In this document: positions 1 to 11,733 of the stretch, in pieces | How positions within the stretch are numbered: the stretch's first letter is position 1 | How the letters are laid out: each line of letters opens with the position of its first letter | DNA from: Trichomonas gallinae | Taxonomy: Eukaryota | Length of the DNA stretch: 47,891 nucleotides | Reading direction: 5' to 3' | Assembly (NCBI GenBank): GCA_008369845.1 | Contig: MRSU01009471.1 | Location: forward strand, 1 to 47,891 | Notes under the pieces: generated by a model | Databases searched by the model: none | Told to the model about the DNA's origin: nothing | The model's input: the letters and a program-made list of their open reading frames with translations, nothing else | Position numbers and translations under genes: made by a program

Positions 1-344
1 CACGGATTTTAAATTGTCATATCAAATGAATACATAATTCATAGTAATTTCCCCTACTTACTGTGGTAAATTTTGTATATAATAATGAAAATTAATATTT
101 CCCTGAAAAAGATACCCTCTAGCATATCATACTTATCTGATGAAAATAATTAACATAAACTAAGTAATATATGCAAATTTGCATAACCATAACTTGATTA
201 GGCATTTGAACTTTAAAAAGAAAAAAAAATTCATATAATTAAGGTTCGAACCTTGAACCTTTGTGGACAAATCAAAAAGCAGTGTCAAAAATGATAATAT
301 AATTATTTACATGACAAAATATTTTTTATTGTCAAAAAAAATAA

Positions 345-731
345 ATGCAGTGTTTTATTTGTTCTGAATCTCAACCAGCTTTTCATCTAAGTTTCATGAA
401 TGAGGCTGAAGTTGGTGATAATGTTGTTGTTAGCAGATTCAATCATCATCCAAAGCAGATATTCACTGTTTACTCGGATTATATTTTATCTTCTCATTCT
501 GGTAATTGCCTCTCTGCAAATGCATCATTCGAGGAAGGATCTGCAATTGTTGCTGATAAATTTAATAATAACCCCTCACAATTTTTCAGATTTCATCCTG
601 ATGGAACAATTCGAAACAATTCCGGAATGATTCTTGTTGTCAAAGGCCCATTAAACGATAATGCTCAAGTTGTGCTCGTCAATGCAAAAGAAAACAACAT
701 TTTCAAATGGAGAGTTGTAACCAGAAAATAA
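345..731 (+). CDS. Small ricin-B/beta-trefoil lectin-like protein
   Basis: 128-aa ORF with three QxF/W-type subrepeats (PKQIF, PSQFF, IFKW) and a GNCL motif. Confidence 0.7.
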   Translation: MQCFICSESQPAFHLSFMNEAEVGDNVVVSRFNHHPKQIFTVYSDYILSSHSGNCLSANASFEEGSAIVADKFNNNPSQFFRFHPDGTIRNNSGMILVVKGPLNDNAQVVLVNAKENNIFKWRVVTRK

Positions 732-1038
732 GAATACTGACTATAACTGCATGTTAATATGAGCGGCTCTTTGGAATGGAAATTTGAAAATAATTAGATA
801 AAACTAATACCAAAATTCCAAAATAATGGAATTTTTTGATAAAAGGCGGTAAAATTATATGTATTGTTGGAATAAATAAGCATGGTAACGAATTTTATCT
901 TGAAACTTATATTTTTGAGAATTACTCAATATTGTCTAATATCGCAATTTGGATGTCAAACAGACGCGTAAAGTGACATTTAGGCGCAATTTATTGCGCA
1001 ATGACATGTATTAAAGCCCAAGCTTCGAAAAATTTTTG

Positions 1039-1337
1039 AAGTTTACATGACAAATATATTGAATGCCAAATGTAAAGTGTCAGTTTTGATAACTTTATAT
1101 ATCCATTGAATGCAAAGCTAATATTTATAGTATAGACTCTCTGTAGCCTAAATATATCATATATCCGAAATAATCTTATTTTGTATCAATAAGTTTACAT
1201 GACAATTTATATTGAATGTCAAATGTAAAGTGTCAGTTTTGATAATTTTCGAAATCTTTTAGATAGAAAGCTAATATTTATTGTATAGACTCTCTGTAGT
1301 CTAAATATATCATATCTCCGAAATAATCGCAATTTTG
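1039..1337. repeat. Two-copy tandem duplication, period ~152 bp
   Basis: AAGTTTACATGACAA...AAATGTAAAGTGTCAGTTTTGATAA...GTATAGACTCTCTGTAG...CCGAAATAATC starts at 1039 and again at 1191. Confidence 0.9.
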
Positions 1338-1498
1338 GGATAAAAAATCTATAATCGCTCAATTTTCCGGTAGATTTTACAAATTCCCACAAAAATAAAA
1401 TTTTTCGGTAGAGCGAAAATTGTTTTTTTAATTTTGTTCTGTGTCCTTATTGGTTCAAGTTTAGTCAATTGTTTGAGATTCACAAAAAAAAATTAAAA

Positions 1499-3493
1499 AT
1501 GTTTTGCTTGTATCTCGCTTTTTCATATGCGAGGACCAACTGGAATCGCGCAAAATATGAGAATGATATATGTCAAGGACAGATCAATGTAATTGATGTA
1601 CTATTCATTAATCAAGACTCTGGTGTAGATAATGGTGGCGCCATTTCTATTAGAGGATGCACAGGCACGCTTACGATGGACATTGTTACGTTTCAAAACT
1701 GTGTCACGCGGTCAACAGGCGCAGCAATCTTTTTAGAATGTAACAAATATGATGTAAATGCTCAAAAGGTTTGTGTTTATAGATGTTCTACCGATCAAAA
1801 CTGTCAGTATGCACAATTCACATCTTCTCAAGGCTCATTTCAGCATACACTTACATCAATCGCTGATTGTACGAATTACCAAGGCGCTACAGTATTTCAG
1901 ACTAAATCATACAAAACACCATCGATATCCAACTGGAATATCTCATTATCAGCAACAATGAAATCATTTTCATATATGATGGAGCAGACACCAACAATTT
2001 CATACTTTAACTTCCAAAACTGCCCATGCTATAATGGTTTTACAATTGGCTGGACGTTAACAATGAATTATGCGAACTTTGTTGACAATAGAATTCAGAA
2101 TCGATACATGATGTATCTATCAGGTGCTTCTCATTTCAAGTATTGTTTCTTCAAGAATAACAATGGTTATTATGCTCATTCTCAATCTTTGACATTGACG
2201 GATTGTTATTTCGATCAATTCCTTGAATCGGGTCCAAATCTTCAGTTAACACGTTGCCAAACATCTGGTGAAGTATTTCCAACTAACTTCGACATTTATG
2301 CTGCCGATAGATGCAAAGCTATTCCTTATGTAGGTGAGCAACCTATCGCACCAGAAAATCCACCAGCAACACCGATGCCAACGCGTTCTCCAGAGCCAAC
2401 AAACTGGCCAGAACCAACAGCGACACCAGTCCCACCCAGTACCGGAATCCAAGATTATAAGTTAGAATATCAATTCATAACATCTACTCCCAAGACAATT
2501 TCATCTCCATCTTACCGTATTCTAGTGCATGACTGCATTTTCTTCAAGTTTAATAATGCAGTTCCCCTTGTAATCAATGGAAATGTTAAAATGAGGCTAG
2601 AAATGTGGGAAACATCTTTCTACAACAACAAAAATACCAATATCCATGACTATGATCCAGGAGGTTTTGCATTTTATCCTTCTGTTTCCGATCCATGGTG
2701 CTCTGTACTTGTTAATAGAACATGTGGTTATCTATTGAATACATTACACTCATGTTTTGCTTATACAAAATGCCCTTCTAAGGATGGACTCAATCACGTC
2801 AATCTTTCATCAATTACGCAGTGTGGTCCTGAATCTGACAATGCAGAAAAATATAATACTGTTCACTTCGAAAGCGGACAACGTATTTTCAACAGCTGGA
2901 ATTCATCAGACTGTACTGTAACTGATACTGCTGGAATATATACAACTAGTAATGACAAATCAATAGCAGCCAATATTCTTTATGCAACCTTTTTCAATAA
3001 TCATGCAAGAGGATACATGGTTCTTAACTGTGCAAATACAAAAATTCTTTATTCGCATATTAATGTAATTGATAATAAATCTGATCAAGGTGAACTTTTC
3101 CTCGCAGCTGGTTGTTATTTTAAACTTGACCAATCTTATATTTTTGGAAACCAAGTTAAGGATAACAAATTGTTAACATATACTCCTATTAGAAAGGATG
3201 AAATTCAATCAGATGTTCTGATCACAAACTGCTTCATTCAATCAAACTTAGATACTACAAAATGTACTTTATCTGATTGTACAATGACAACATCCATGGC
3301 CTCCATCAAGCTCACACATTTCGCAAACCAAATTTGCAAAGTTCAAGTATCCGCACAACCATTGGCTCCAGCCCCAACGTTCATGACAAGATGTATGCAA
3401 TTCGATGCATCTGAACCTAATAAGAAGTTCCTCAAAGTTAAATCAACTAAGGTCGGAATGGCTTTAGCCGCATCCGGATTAACTTATGTATAA
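1499..3493 (+). CDS. Secreted/surface Pmp-like right-handed beta-helix protein with a Pro/Thr linker
   Basis: First ATG at 1499 followed by a short signal-like peptide (MFCLYLAFSYA); GGAI/GAAI and FxxN/FxNC motifs; central PENPPATPMPTRSPEPT linker separating two Cys/Asn-rich halves. Confidence 0.7.
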   Translation: MFCLYLAFSYARTNWNRAKYENDICQGQINVIDVLFINQDSGVDNGGAISIRGCTGTLTMDIVTFQNCVTRSTGAAIFLECNKYDVNAQKVCVYRCSTDQNCQYAQFTSSQGSFQHTLTSIADCTNYQGATVFQTKSYKTPSISNWNISLSATMKSFSYMMEQTPTISYFNFQNCPCYNGFTIGWTLTMNYANFVDNRIQNRYMMYLSGASHFKYCFFKNNNGYYAHSQSLTLTDCYFDQFLESGPNLQLTRCQTSGEVFPTNFDIYAADRCKAIPYVGEQPIAPENPPATPMPTRSPEPTNWPEPTATPVPPSTGIQDYKLEYQFITSTPKTISSPSYRILVHDCIFFKFNNAVPLVINGNVKMRLEMWETSFYNNKNTNIHDYDPGGFAFYPSVSDPWCSVLVNRTCGYLLNTLHSCFAYTKCPSKDGLNHVNLSSITQCGPESDNAEKYNTVHFESGQRIFNSWNSSDCTVTDTAGIYTTSNDKSIAANILYATFFNNHARGYMVLNCANTKILYSHINVIDNKSDQGELFLAAGCYFKLDQSYIFGNQVKDNKLLTYTPIRKDEIQSDVLITNCFIQSNLDTTKCTLSDCTMTTSMASIKLTHFANQICKVQVSAQPLAPAPTFMTRCMQFDASEPNKKFLKVKSTKVGMALAASGLTYV

Positions 3494-3927
3494 ATAATTT
3501 GTTTATATTGTTTAATAAATAGGGTCTTTTTTTAATTCACTAAGAAGATATCATCCTGTTCAATAAAAAATAAAAGAAGCGGTGAACATTTCCTCTCAGT
3601 ATATATATAAATATAGTAATAGTCATATTAATAAATATATAATAAATATATATAGTAATAGTAATATGCGTGAAATGAATAATGTTCAAATAGTTCCATT
3701 CATTCATATTTAAATACTACAAAACCAAAAATAAAATGATATTAAAAATACCTACTGAAAATGATTGTTATTATTGATCACCAATCTAATTATCATCATA
3801 TTCTTTTGTTTCTGATTTATTCTATTTGTTTTTATGGTAAATTACAATACATTAATAAAAACAATAAACAATATCACTACAAAAGAATTTTTTCATAAAT
3901 AAATTACAAACAGTTTATTTTGGTTGA

Positions 3928-4659
3928 CTAATAAATTCTATTCGGGGAAGGTATATTAGGCTTTGGTGGGCTTGTTTGTTTGTTTGATAAGCTTGAAAAT
4001 ACATTTCGTCCAACAACAAGTTCAAGTGAAGGAGCTTTCTCCAATCTTGGTTTAACTTCTTCTTTGACTGGTTTTTCCTTTCTCATCGAACGTTTTAATA
4101 ATGGAACACCAATTTTCATTTTTTGGCTTTTTCCTCTGTATCCACGATCATGAGCATAGGCAGATTGCTCATTTTCTTTTTCAATCTTAAATTTGGCGAC
4201 ATCATCAATCATACATCTAATTTCTTTAAATGACTCATACATTTGATCGTGAAGATTATCAATCTTCTCCTCGAGTCTGTTTATTTCATCAACGATTGAT
4301 TGTTCTTCTTGAGTAACCATTTGTTTCAAAGATGCAGAAAGCTCCGTTGAAGCCCTCTGAAAGCCTAAATCAACATACTGCCTGTTGGCCTTTTCGATGA
4401 GCTTCTTAGTTGAAGATTTTGATGCTAATGAAAATTTAATTCCTGTTAATATTTCATCTATCGCTTGAGAATGGTCTTCTGGGAAATTTTCTGGAAAATA
4501 GGAATCTTTCTTAACTGCGGTTTCGTCTTTGTTGATTTGTGCATTATCCAAATCAGAAATTGACTCAGTTATATTACTCAATCCGAGCTCAAGGTCATCA
4601 AGCCTCTTATTGAACTCTTCCTGGATCTGAGCAATTAACTGTGTTAAACTTGATGACAT
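3928..4659 (-). CDS. Hypothetical coiled-coil protein
   Basis: 243-aa ATG-initiated ORF with heptad-rich N-terminal two thirds. Confidence 0.75.
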   Translation of the reverse strand: MSSSLTQLIAQIQEEFNKRLDDLELGLSNITESISDLDNAQINKDETAVKKDSYFPENFPEDHSQAIDEILTGIKFSLASKSSTKKLIEKANRQYVDLGFQRASTELSASLKQMVTQEEQSIVDEINRLEEKIDNLHDQMYESFKEIRCMIDDVAKFKIEKENEQSAYAHDRGYRGKSQKMKIGVPLLKRSMRKEKPVKEEVKPRLEKAPSLELVVGRNVFSSLSNKQTSPPKPNIPSPNRIY

Positions 4660-5228
4660 TTAAAAAAATAAAAAACGAAAATTTGCAAAAAAACGAAACA
4701 AAACTTTTCGTTTTTTGATTAAATTTAGAATTATTATATCATATTATCCGCTTAATTTTCATTTTAACAACAATTTTCATTTTTTAAAAACATGGAATAG
4801 GAAATAATAGATGTTATAGCAAAATATATGTATATATATATGGGATTTGTATTGATATCCTTTATCAAAATTCCGAAGTATTATAAATCAGTCAATATCT
4901 TACATAAACATTAAGTAATTAATAAATTTACCAGTGTAATGCAAATAAAAGCTAAATTATGTTCAAATTATCGATTTGAAATGATGTTAAATAATTTCAA
5001 AAATCATAATTTTCTAAATCTTATATGAAAAAATGATATTTTTTCATTGTCATTCTTTGAGTTAAGAAAAAAATTAAATATTATGTATTCTTATTAGAGC
5101 ATGGAGATATTAACAAATTCGCGCAAATTTTATTGATCATTCTATTAATCAATATTAAAATTTTATTGTTGATGGGGAAAAAGATTAAATTATATAACGA
5201 AACTTTAAAACAAAACAAAATATAATAA

Positions 5229-6479
5229 TCAGTCCTCTTCAATTGAAGCAATATCATCTAGTTTCATAATACTATCAATTGCAGCTATGTAGAAATTCTC
5301 AGCTTCTTTAATAACAGATGATATCTGTACTTCATGCCACTTCTGGCAGAATTTCGCAATTGCAACTGCATTTGAGGGAGGCGCGAGCGAAGTTAGACCT
5401 AAAAACAAAGTCATTGTATCATCGAAACTTAATACTCCAGTTTCGGATCCAAAATATTGTGCGAGCTCTTTCAAAGCAGTAACGACGTGAATCATCAAAT
5501 CGATCGGATTTGTAAGAAATTCGAGCTTTTTCATAAGAGTGCATTGCTTTGACTTGAACATTGATGATAAAGGAAGGCCTGGCGTGTAGTAAGACTTAAT
5601 ATCTTCCGATAATTTCAATTCTTTTGCTGATTGTTTCGCAAAGTCTGCGCATCGTTCTAAAAATTCGAGATTTGCATTTTTATAACGATTGAGATCAGAT
5701 TGGACTACATAAGACTCATCAAATAAAAATCTAATAATAGAAGTGTAAACTATTGCTTGGTGAATTGGATGTGTTATTCCCAAGTCCTTATAAACCTGAC
5801 TCGCGTACTCACCAATTGAAACAACAGCAAATTTCGGATCACCAAACGCAATGAAATTTGCTAAAGGGAAAATCATTGTTTTGGATGAGTGCCAGCGAAG
5901 GAACATCGAAACTAATGAATCTATGGAATTTGGCTCAATGTAATTTAATTTTTCATCATATTCTTTTGCGTAATTGATTAATTCGTTTTTAATCTTGAAC
6001 TTTATTTGAGAAATATCTGTTTTGTTCTCAAGTATTGATATTTGCCTAGAAATTTGAAGTTTGCGCTTTTTAATTTCATTATATTCTTCATTTCCCGAAT
6101 TTGTTCTATTAACTTCTTCTATGTATTTTTTAGCATTAAAATATATATTAGGATTTGACTGAACCATTTTGAGTAGGAAATTGTTCATATCAATTGAGTT
6201 TTGCAGGAGAAAAGTTTCGTAATCAAATTTTGCTTTTGTTAACAGTTTATGTTTATGACATAAATAGTATAATGCAGGATAGATATGCGTGAAAACAGGA
6301 TTGGCTTCTCTATAAACTTTATTTCTAAACTTCGCATCAAGTTTTCTTGCACTATTCGTATGTAACTTTATAGAATTTTTGAGTCTATCAGCAGATTCCT
6401 TTTGTTTTGCAGGATTCGGGGTATCTAAAACAGTCATATATCGCTTCAATGTAGGACAATGCCGAAGATTAGGTATCAT
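5229..6479 (-). CDS. Protein with C-terminal VPS9-like (Rab5 GEF) domain
   Basis: 416-aa ORF; TNPIDL...LSFDDTMTLFL resembles the VPS9 (G/S)ADD core; AAAGGTGACA immediately upstream of the ATG. Confidence 0.6.
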   Translation of the reverse strand: MIPNLRHCPTLKRYMTVLDTPNPAKQKESADRLKNSIKLHTNSARKLDAKFRNKVYREANPVFTHIYPALYYLCHKHKLLTKAKFDYETFLLQNSIDMNNFLLKMVQSNPNIYFNAKKYIEEVNRTNSGNEEYNEIKKRKLQISRQISILENKTDISQIKFKIKNELINYAKEYDEKLNYIEPNSIDSLVSMFLRWHSSKTMIFPLANFIAFGDPKFAVVSIGEYASQVYKDLGITHPIHQAIVYTSIIRFLFDESYVVQSDLNRYKNANLEFLERCADFAKQSAKELKLSEDIKSYYTPGLPLSSMFKSKQCTLMKKLEFLTNPIDLMIHVVTALKELAQYFGSETGVLSFDDTMTLFLGLTSLAPPSNAVAIAKFCQKWHEVQISSVIKEAENFYIAAIDSIMKLDDIASIEED

Positions 6480-6879
6480 TTGTCACCTTTATGTAAAATT
6501 TCGGATATTTGTCAAAAAGTGTTATTCTTATTTTATAAAATCGCGAATAACTTTGTTTCTTTAACTTATTATGATTAATCATTATTACATTAATTATAAT
6601 AAAACATAGTGAAAACATATTATATATATTTGATTAAATAAATCCTTTGATATTACTGATTTTTCAAAAATATATTTCATTATCATCTAAAATTTGAAAC
6701 TAATGAATGGCTAAAATGGAATAATTGCAGTCATGACTTTATAGTGATATAATATAAAATAGTTAATATCATAACAATTCTTTTGATTCAGCTTCATTTA
6801 TAACAAATTTTGTAAAATATTAAATAACAATGATTGCTAATGCTAATAATCGCATAAAAAATTGAATTTTAGAAAAATA

Positions 6880-6887
6880 AAAGTGAC
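6880..6887 (+). promoter_or_regulatory. AAAGTGAC core-promoter-type element
   Basis: Ends 2 nt before ATG 6890; same octamer at 25940-25947 just before ATG 25954; variant on the minus strand before ATG 6479. Confidence 0.5.
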
Positions 6888-6889
6888 AA

Positions 6890-7552
6890 ATGTTTTATTT
6901 CTTTGTTTTTTATTTTTCGCAAGATTTCGACTCAACAGGATTGTTTCAAAGGTATTACAAAGACAATATATTCGTTATAGATGCCAGTGGATCATCCAAA
7001 CAGAAGATAAATGGAACAAAACAGATGACTTTACCTGAATATTCTGTTTATCCATTTGATAAAAAGTATGACTGGTGTTCTAATTGCATTAAATCATATT
7101 CTGGTCATCCATGGGTTATTTTCTCACTTAAATCGGGAAAAATCAAATTCGATAGCTATTTTATTCGTACTGGATGCTGTGTTGATGGATGCTGCTGTGA
7201 AGACTATGGATACTGCATTGATTGTTGCCTTTACAGCTGGTCTCTTCAAATTTCCGATGATAATATTACTTGGAATGATGTTCATCGTGTGGAAAAGGAT
7301 ACAGAAATGAAGAGATGCAAAGAGAAAACATATAAATTTGATAAAGAATACACAGCGAAATTTATCAGATTATATCAAAATGAACATTGCCCAGGCCGCC
7401 CACCATGCATTTCTCTCAATAAAATAGAGTTTTATGGAAGTATTGTAGACTCAGATTTCAATAAAGAAATTGAATTTTCTAATGATGAGCTCGATGACGA
7501 TGATATTAGCATTATTGGCCATATATCGCGCAATGGAAATGTTCAGAATTAA
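6890..7552 (+). CDS. F5/8 type C (discoidin/galactose-binding-like) domain protein, Cys-rich
   Basis: Hydrophobic N-terminus; SWSLQISDDNITW, AKFIRL and IEFYG motifs typical of this fold. Confidence 0.75.
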   Translation: MFYFFVFYFSQDFDSTGLFQRYYKDNIFVIDASGSSKQKINGTKQMTLPEYSVYPFDKKYDWCSNCIKSYSGHPWVIFSLKSGKIKFDSYFIRTGCCVDGCCCEDYGYCIDCCLYSWSLQISDDNITWNDVHRVEKDTEMKRCKEKTYKFDKEYTAKFIRLYQNEHCPGRPPCISLNKIEFYGSIVDSDFNKEIEFSNDELDDDDISIIGHISRNGNVQN

Positions 7553-7678
7553 ATTTATCCTGTTTTAATGATTTTTAGAATAATTTATTCAATATGTTTT
7601 AGTCATGATTTAATCATAGATTACAGCTGTTGTGTTGAATAAAAACTTAGTAATTTAACGAGAAATAAAATAATAATT

Positions 7679-8905
7679 TTAATCTTGTAAAATTTTAACC
7701 GTAGGTCGCCTTCTTCCACTCAACGTTGCTTTACGATATACTTGTTGTTCTGGAGGAGGTACATAAACTTCATTATCATCAACAACTGGGCGAACAATAT
7801 CATCATCGGAATATTTAGGCTGAGGAACAGGCTGTCTTGGCTGCCTTGGCTGTGGAGCTCCAAACGCAACATTTAGCGATTTCTTTGGCTGTGGTGGTGG
7901 TTTGGCTGGCTCTGGTGGCTTTGCAATCTTAAATTCAGCCTGTGAAGCAGAAATTTGTTTGAGCATGCTAACCATTTGTGTATTTCCAGATTTGGCAATG
8001 GTTTCGATGAACATTTTAAGATCCTGAGCACCGACAGCATCACCGTAAAATTCTTCATATCCAGAGCGGCAACTCGAAGGAGTATCGCGGTCATCTGAAA
8101 GGATTTTTGGTGGTTGGCGTGTTGGCCTATTTGCTGTTGCCATCTGAACAGTCGCTGCAGGAACGAATGGAATCGTCTTGAATTTCAGGCGCTCTTTGTG
8201 CCTTGACATCATGTTAACGACGTGGCTCCATTTGAGAGGTGGAACCATTAAGGCGAGAATATCTTCTGGTGAAGAATTATATTTGTCAATATCCTCATGA
8301 TCTTCGAAAACCTCTTTGAAGTGAGTAATCATTTTTTCAAGTACATGGACGATGAGAACGGATTGGCTTAAAGCGTCTGGTGAATCTGGGCGCTCGCAAA
8401 CAATTAAATTCGGTCCGAAACAGACAGCGATATTCTTTGCTGGCATATAATTTATATCATCATGAGAAGCAATCTCATTTAAGTACTTAATAAGATAGCA
8501 AAGCGTATGATATCTTCCTGGATCTAATTTCTTCATTAAACCCTTAAGTTCTGTGATTAATTTGTCTTCCGCATTGATCTTAGCAATCTCAATGATGTTA
8601 TTGTAAAGTCTGAATGGAATAATCGGATCATTTGTTGCCATAGATCTGAAATAACGCTTTAATGTCGTAGCTAATGTGTGAACATTGGAGTATGGTGTCC
8701 AATCAGTGATTCTGCCGTTGTCAATCACTTCAATAAGCTCTTTAATTTGTTTGTCAGATCCATTTAATCTGAAAACTCCTTCTACCTTTTCAGCGCCGAG
8801 CTTCTTGAGTGTGGCAATCAAATCAGAGACTATGAAGGGGATCTTTCCCTGGTAAGCTTCAGGTGGTTGTTGCCAGAAATGCGCTTTAAAATCCACTTCA
8901 CTCAT
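7679..8905 (-). CDS. RhoGAP-domain protein with Pro-rich C-terminal tail
   Basis: EGVFRLNG arginine finger, LKRYFR, NYMPAKNIAVCFGPNL; first ATG (MSEVDF) at 8905. Confidence 0.9.
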   Translation of the reverse strand: MSEVDFKAHFWQQPPEAYQGKIPFIVSDLIATLKKLGAEKVEGVFRLNGSDKQIKELIEVIDNGRITDWTPYSNVHTLATTLKRYFRSMATNDPIIPFRLYNNIIEIAKINAEDKLITELKGLMKKLDPGRYHTLCYLIKYLNEIASHDDINYMPAKNIAVCFGPNLIVCERPDSPDALSQSVLIVHVLEKMITHFKEVFEDHEDIDKYNSSPEDILALMVPPLKWSHVVNMMSRHKERLKFKTIPFVPAATVQMATANRPTRQPPKILSDDRDTPSSCRSGYEEFYGDAVGAQDLKMFIETIAKSGNTQMVSMLKQISASQAEFKIAKPPEPAKPPPQPKKSLNVAFGAPQPRQPRQPVPQPKYSDDDIVRPVVDDNEVYVPPPEQQVYRKATLSGRRRPTVKILQD

Positions 8906-9422
8906 TTTTTTTCTAAATTTCGTGATTTGTCTTGTTGCGATTTTTTCGTGTCCATTCGCAGAGACAACATTTAAAGGGTCTATTTTTACTAAAATTTTGC
9001 GAAAAATCAAAAACTTTCATCTCACTTCTGACAACCTAATAATTTTGATAAGATTTTAAGGTAAATGACATTTATATGTCATAATAATGCTATAGTTAAA
9101 TTGTCCGCAATTTTTTTTTCATTTGATTAATCCTTAAACTTTTCTTGTATATCTAGAACATAATAGATTTTTATATCTCAAATATCTACAGAAAAACCTT
9201 CAACGACCGAAAATAATTTTTTTCTATTCCAAAATATGATATTAGAGAGATTTTAAAGTTGAATCATAATTTAAAATAGTCTATTTGTTTTAAATTATTT
9301 CTCCCAGGTGATTTTAATTGATTTAATTTTTTATTTACATGACAAAATAAGAATTTATTTGTCATATTTGGAATTTACCTGTCAAAATAATGATTTATTT
9401 GTCATTTTTAGAATTTAAAATA

Positions 9423-10916
9423 ATGGATGAATTATCCACGCAGATCATGAAAAACTTAGTTGAAGGTGATTTTGAAGCTGCAACCAGAAAATTTCTTGAA
9501 CTATCACCTGATCAAAAACAATTTCTTCCAAATATTTTTTATGATGTTTTAAAAAATCGATTTTTCATCACTAGTAACCTTAAAAATATAGCTTATTTGC
9601 ATAGATTACTTGCACTGGTATCTATTACAGACGTTGACATTTTCAATCAAATTATGACTTTTAATTTAACAAATAAATCCAATGATGACTTATATTTCTT
9701 TGTATGCTGCCTGCAAAGAATGTTCTTCAAATGCCCAGAATGCAATTTTAATTGTAATATTCAAGATTTTTATAAAAAAATCAAGAAACATCCTAATTTT
9801 ATGGATTATTGTTATGCACATTTTATTTTTAGATGGGATATTTTTATATCAGAACATCCAAATGCCGAAAAAATCTTAGAACAAAAAGATAATTTTGAAA
9901 TATTGACAAACATGAATGATTACACACAATTAGCTAAATTCAATGAGTATATGACTCAAGCATCTCAATCCATTAATAATAATTCAAAAATCGATTTTAA
10001 TTTATTAGTCAACGAATTTATTCAAAAACTCGAAGAATTGAAAGTCGAAACTAATGAATTATTTAAAACATTCGAAGATTTCAAATTTATTTCAGTTATG
10101 AAAGATAATTATCAAAATATTGTAAATATGGTTGACAAATCTTTAAGTTTTCCAAAAATCAAAGAGATTATTGAATGTTTGAAGAATTCAGCTGATTATG
10201 ACGAAATAATGAATGATATATTTAATAGTATTAGAAATAGTCTTTATAATCCTACCATAGTTTTGATTTTATGTCAAATATATTCTTTAATCAAAAGTTT
10301 GAAGAAGTACAAAGATAAAAATGACCAAAAACATTACGATTTAACTTTGAAGAAAATTAATAAAATTCCAAAAAGCGATATCAGCAGTCAAGAGTCTTAC
10401 AACAAATTCGTTTATATCCCGGAAAGTATAATTAAATACAATAACAGCAAAGAATCCAGAATTTATCAGTTTTCAGAAACTTTTACAAAGAATTATTATG
10501 TTTTACGTCAAAGATTTCTGGGATATGTTTTATCAAAGACAATAGATGGGCATATGTCATCAGAAAGGATAGATGAAGCACTCGATAGCTACGAAAAACT
10601 AGAAAACTTCGTAAAATCTTTTGTTTCGAGCAATTTTTTGTTCAATCGCATAAATACAAATGATGATGTTATTAATGTTGATCATGAACAGCTTTGGAGG
10701 TTTGATTCCTGCTTCCTTAATGACTTGCCAGCAGAGAAGTTAAAAGGCATTATTTTGTCGAAGCAAGACGAAATCGATGAAGCGAGTAACGGAAAGTGCT
10801 GCTATTGTAACATTCACAACTCAAAAGTGAAATGCCAGAAGTGCAACTCGATGATATGCAGTAAATGTCTCGAGAAAACAAATAATAGATGCCCACTATG
10901 CTGTAATCATTTTTAA
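9423..10916 (+). CDS. Helical protein with C-terminal RING-like zinc finger
   Basis: C-terminal CCYC-x8-CQKC-x4-CSKC-x7-CPLC; start placed at MDELS (9423), with 9390 as an alternative. Confidence 0.7.
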   Translation: MDELSTQIMKNLVEGDFEAATRKFLELSPDQKQFLPNIFYDVLKNRFFITSNLKNIAYLHRLLALVSITDVDIFNQIMTFNLTNKSNDDLYFFVCCLQRMFFKCPECNFNCNIQDFYKKIKKHPNFMDYCYAHFIFRWDIFISEHPNAEKILEQKDNFEILTNMNDYTQLAKFNEYMTQASQSINNNSKIDFNLLVNEFIQKLEELKVETNELFKTFEDFKFISVMKDNYQNIVNMVDKSLSFPKIKEIIECLKNSADYDEIMNDIFNSIRNSLYNPTIVLILCQIYSLIKSLKKYKDKNDQKHYDLTLKKINKIPKSDISSQESYNKFVYIPESIIKYNNSKESRIYQFSETFTKNYYVLRQRFLGYVLSKTIDGHMSSERIDEALDSYEKLENFVKSFVSSNFLFNRINTNDDVINVDHEQLWRFDSCFLNDLPAEKLKGIILSKQDEIDEASNGKCCYCNIHNSKVKCQKCNSMICSKCLEKTNNRCPLCCNHF

Positions 10917-11722
10917 ACTTCATTTTACACATTTTTGATTTATCATGATTAGTTTTTTTTTCTGATTCATTATAATAAAGGAGAATTTGTTGATGATATC
11001 AATATTGTGAGTTGATTTGATATTATAAAAAATGCAATCATAATTGATAATAATGCATTTCTATTTGCATCAAATATCAATCATGAAATCCTATTGATTG
11101 GCTTAGCAATCATTGTGCCATAACTTGGATTACTTTGCATTCTATTTTGATTTATGAATTCAGGAAAATTGATGTATATATTTAGTATACAAAATTTTAT
11201 AAATCATATTTATAGGGAGCCGCATAAATAATAAAACATACAAAAAACATATTTTCTTTTCCTAAAACTATAGCAAAATATAATAATCACTTTCTATAGC
11301 TCGCTGTGCTCACTATAAAAAGAAACTTACATTTTGTAAATATTAGTATGCAAAACATGTGGTTTATGTATCATGTAAATTGATGCTGTAATCACATTTT
11401 TAGGGAGAGCATTATAATGCAACTGCAGAAATAATTAGATACTGACTTTATTGATTCTCTGAATGACAAAATAAACTGACACATCACGTAAAAATTTGTC
11501 ATTATTCAAATATTTAATAATCAAAAAGATGAGTTTTATTATATATACTTAAGATAAACGGTACCTGTAAATACCTCCTACACACTGAAGAAGTCTGAAT
11601 CTGCTATATATGGTTATTGGATGATTGGGAAGAATTTGCAGGACAGAATAATTTACATGTCAAAAATCTGATGATCGCGAAAATTGAATTTAATCAAAAT
11701 TTTTGACAATTTTATATAAAAA

Positions 11723-11727
11723 TCATT
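11723..11727 (+). promoter_or_regulatory. Initiator-like TCATT
   Basis: Matches the trichomonad Inr consensus TCA(T/C)(T/A) and ends 6 nt before ATG 11734. Confidence 0.5.
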
Positions 11728-11733
11728 CTTTTG

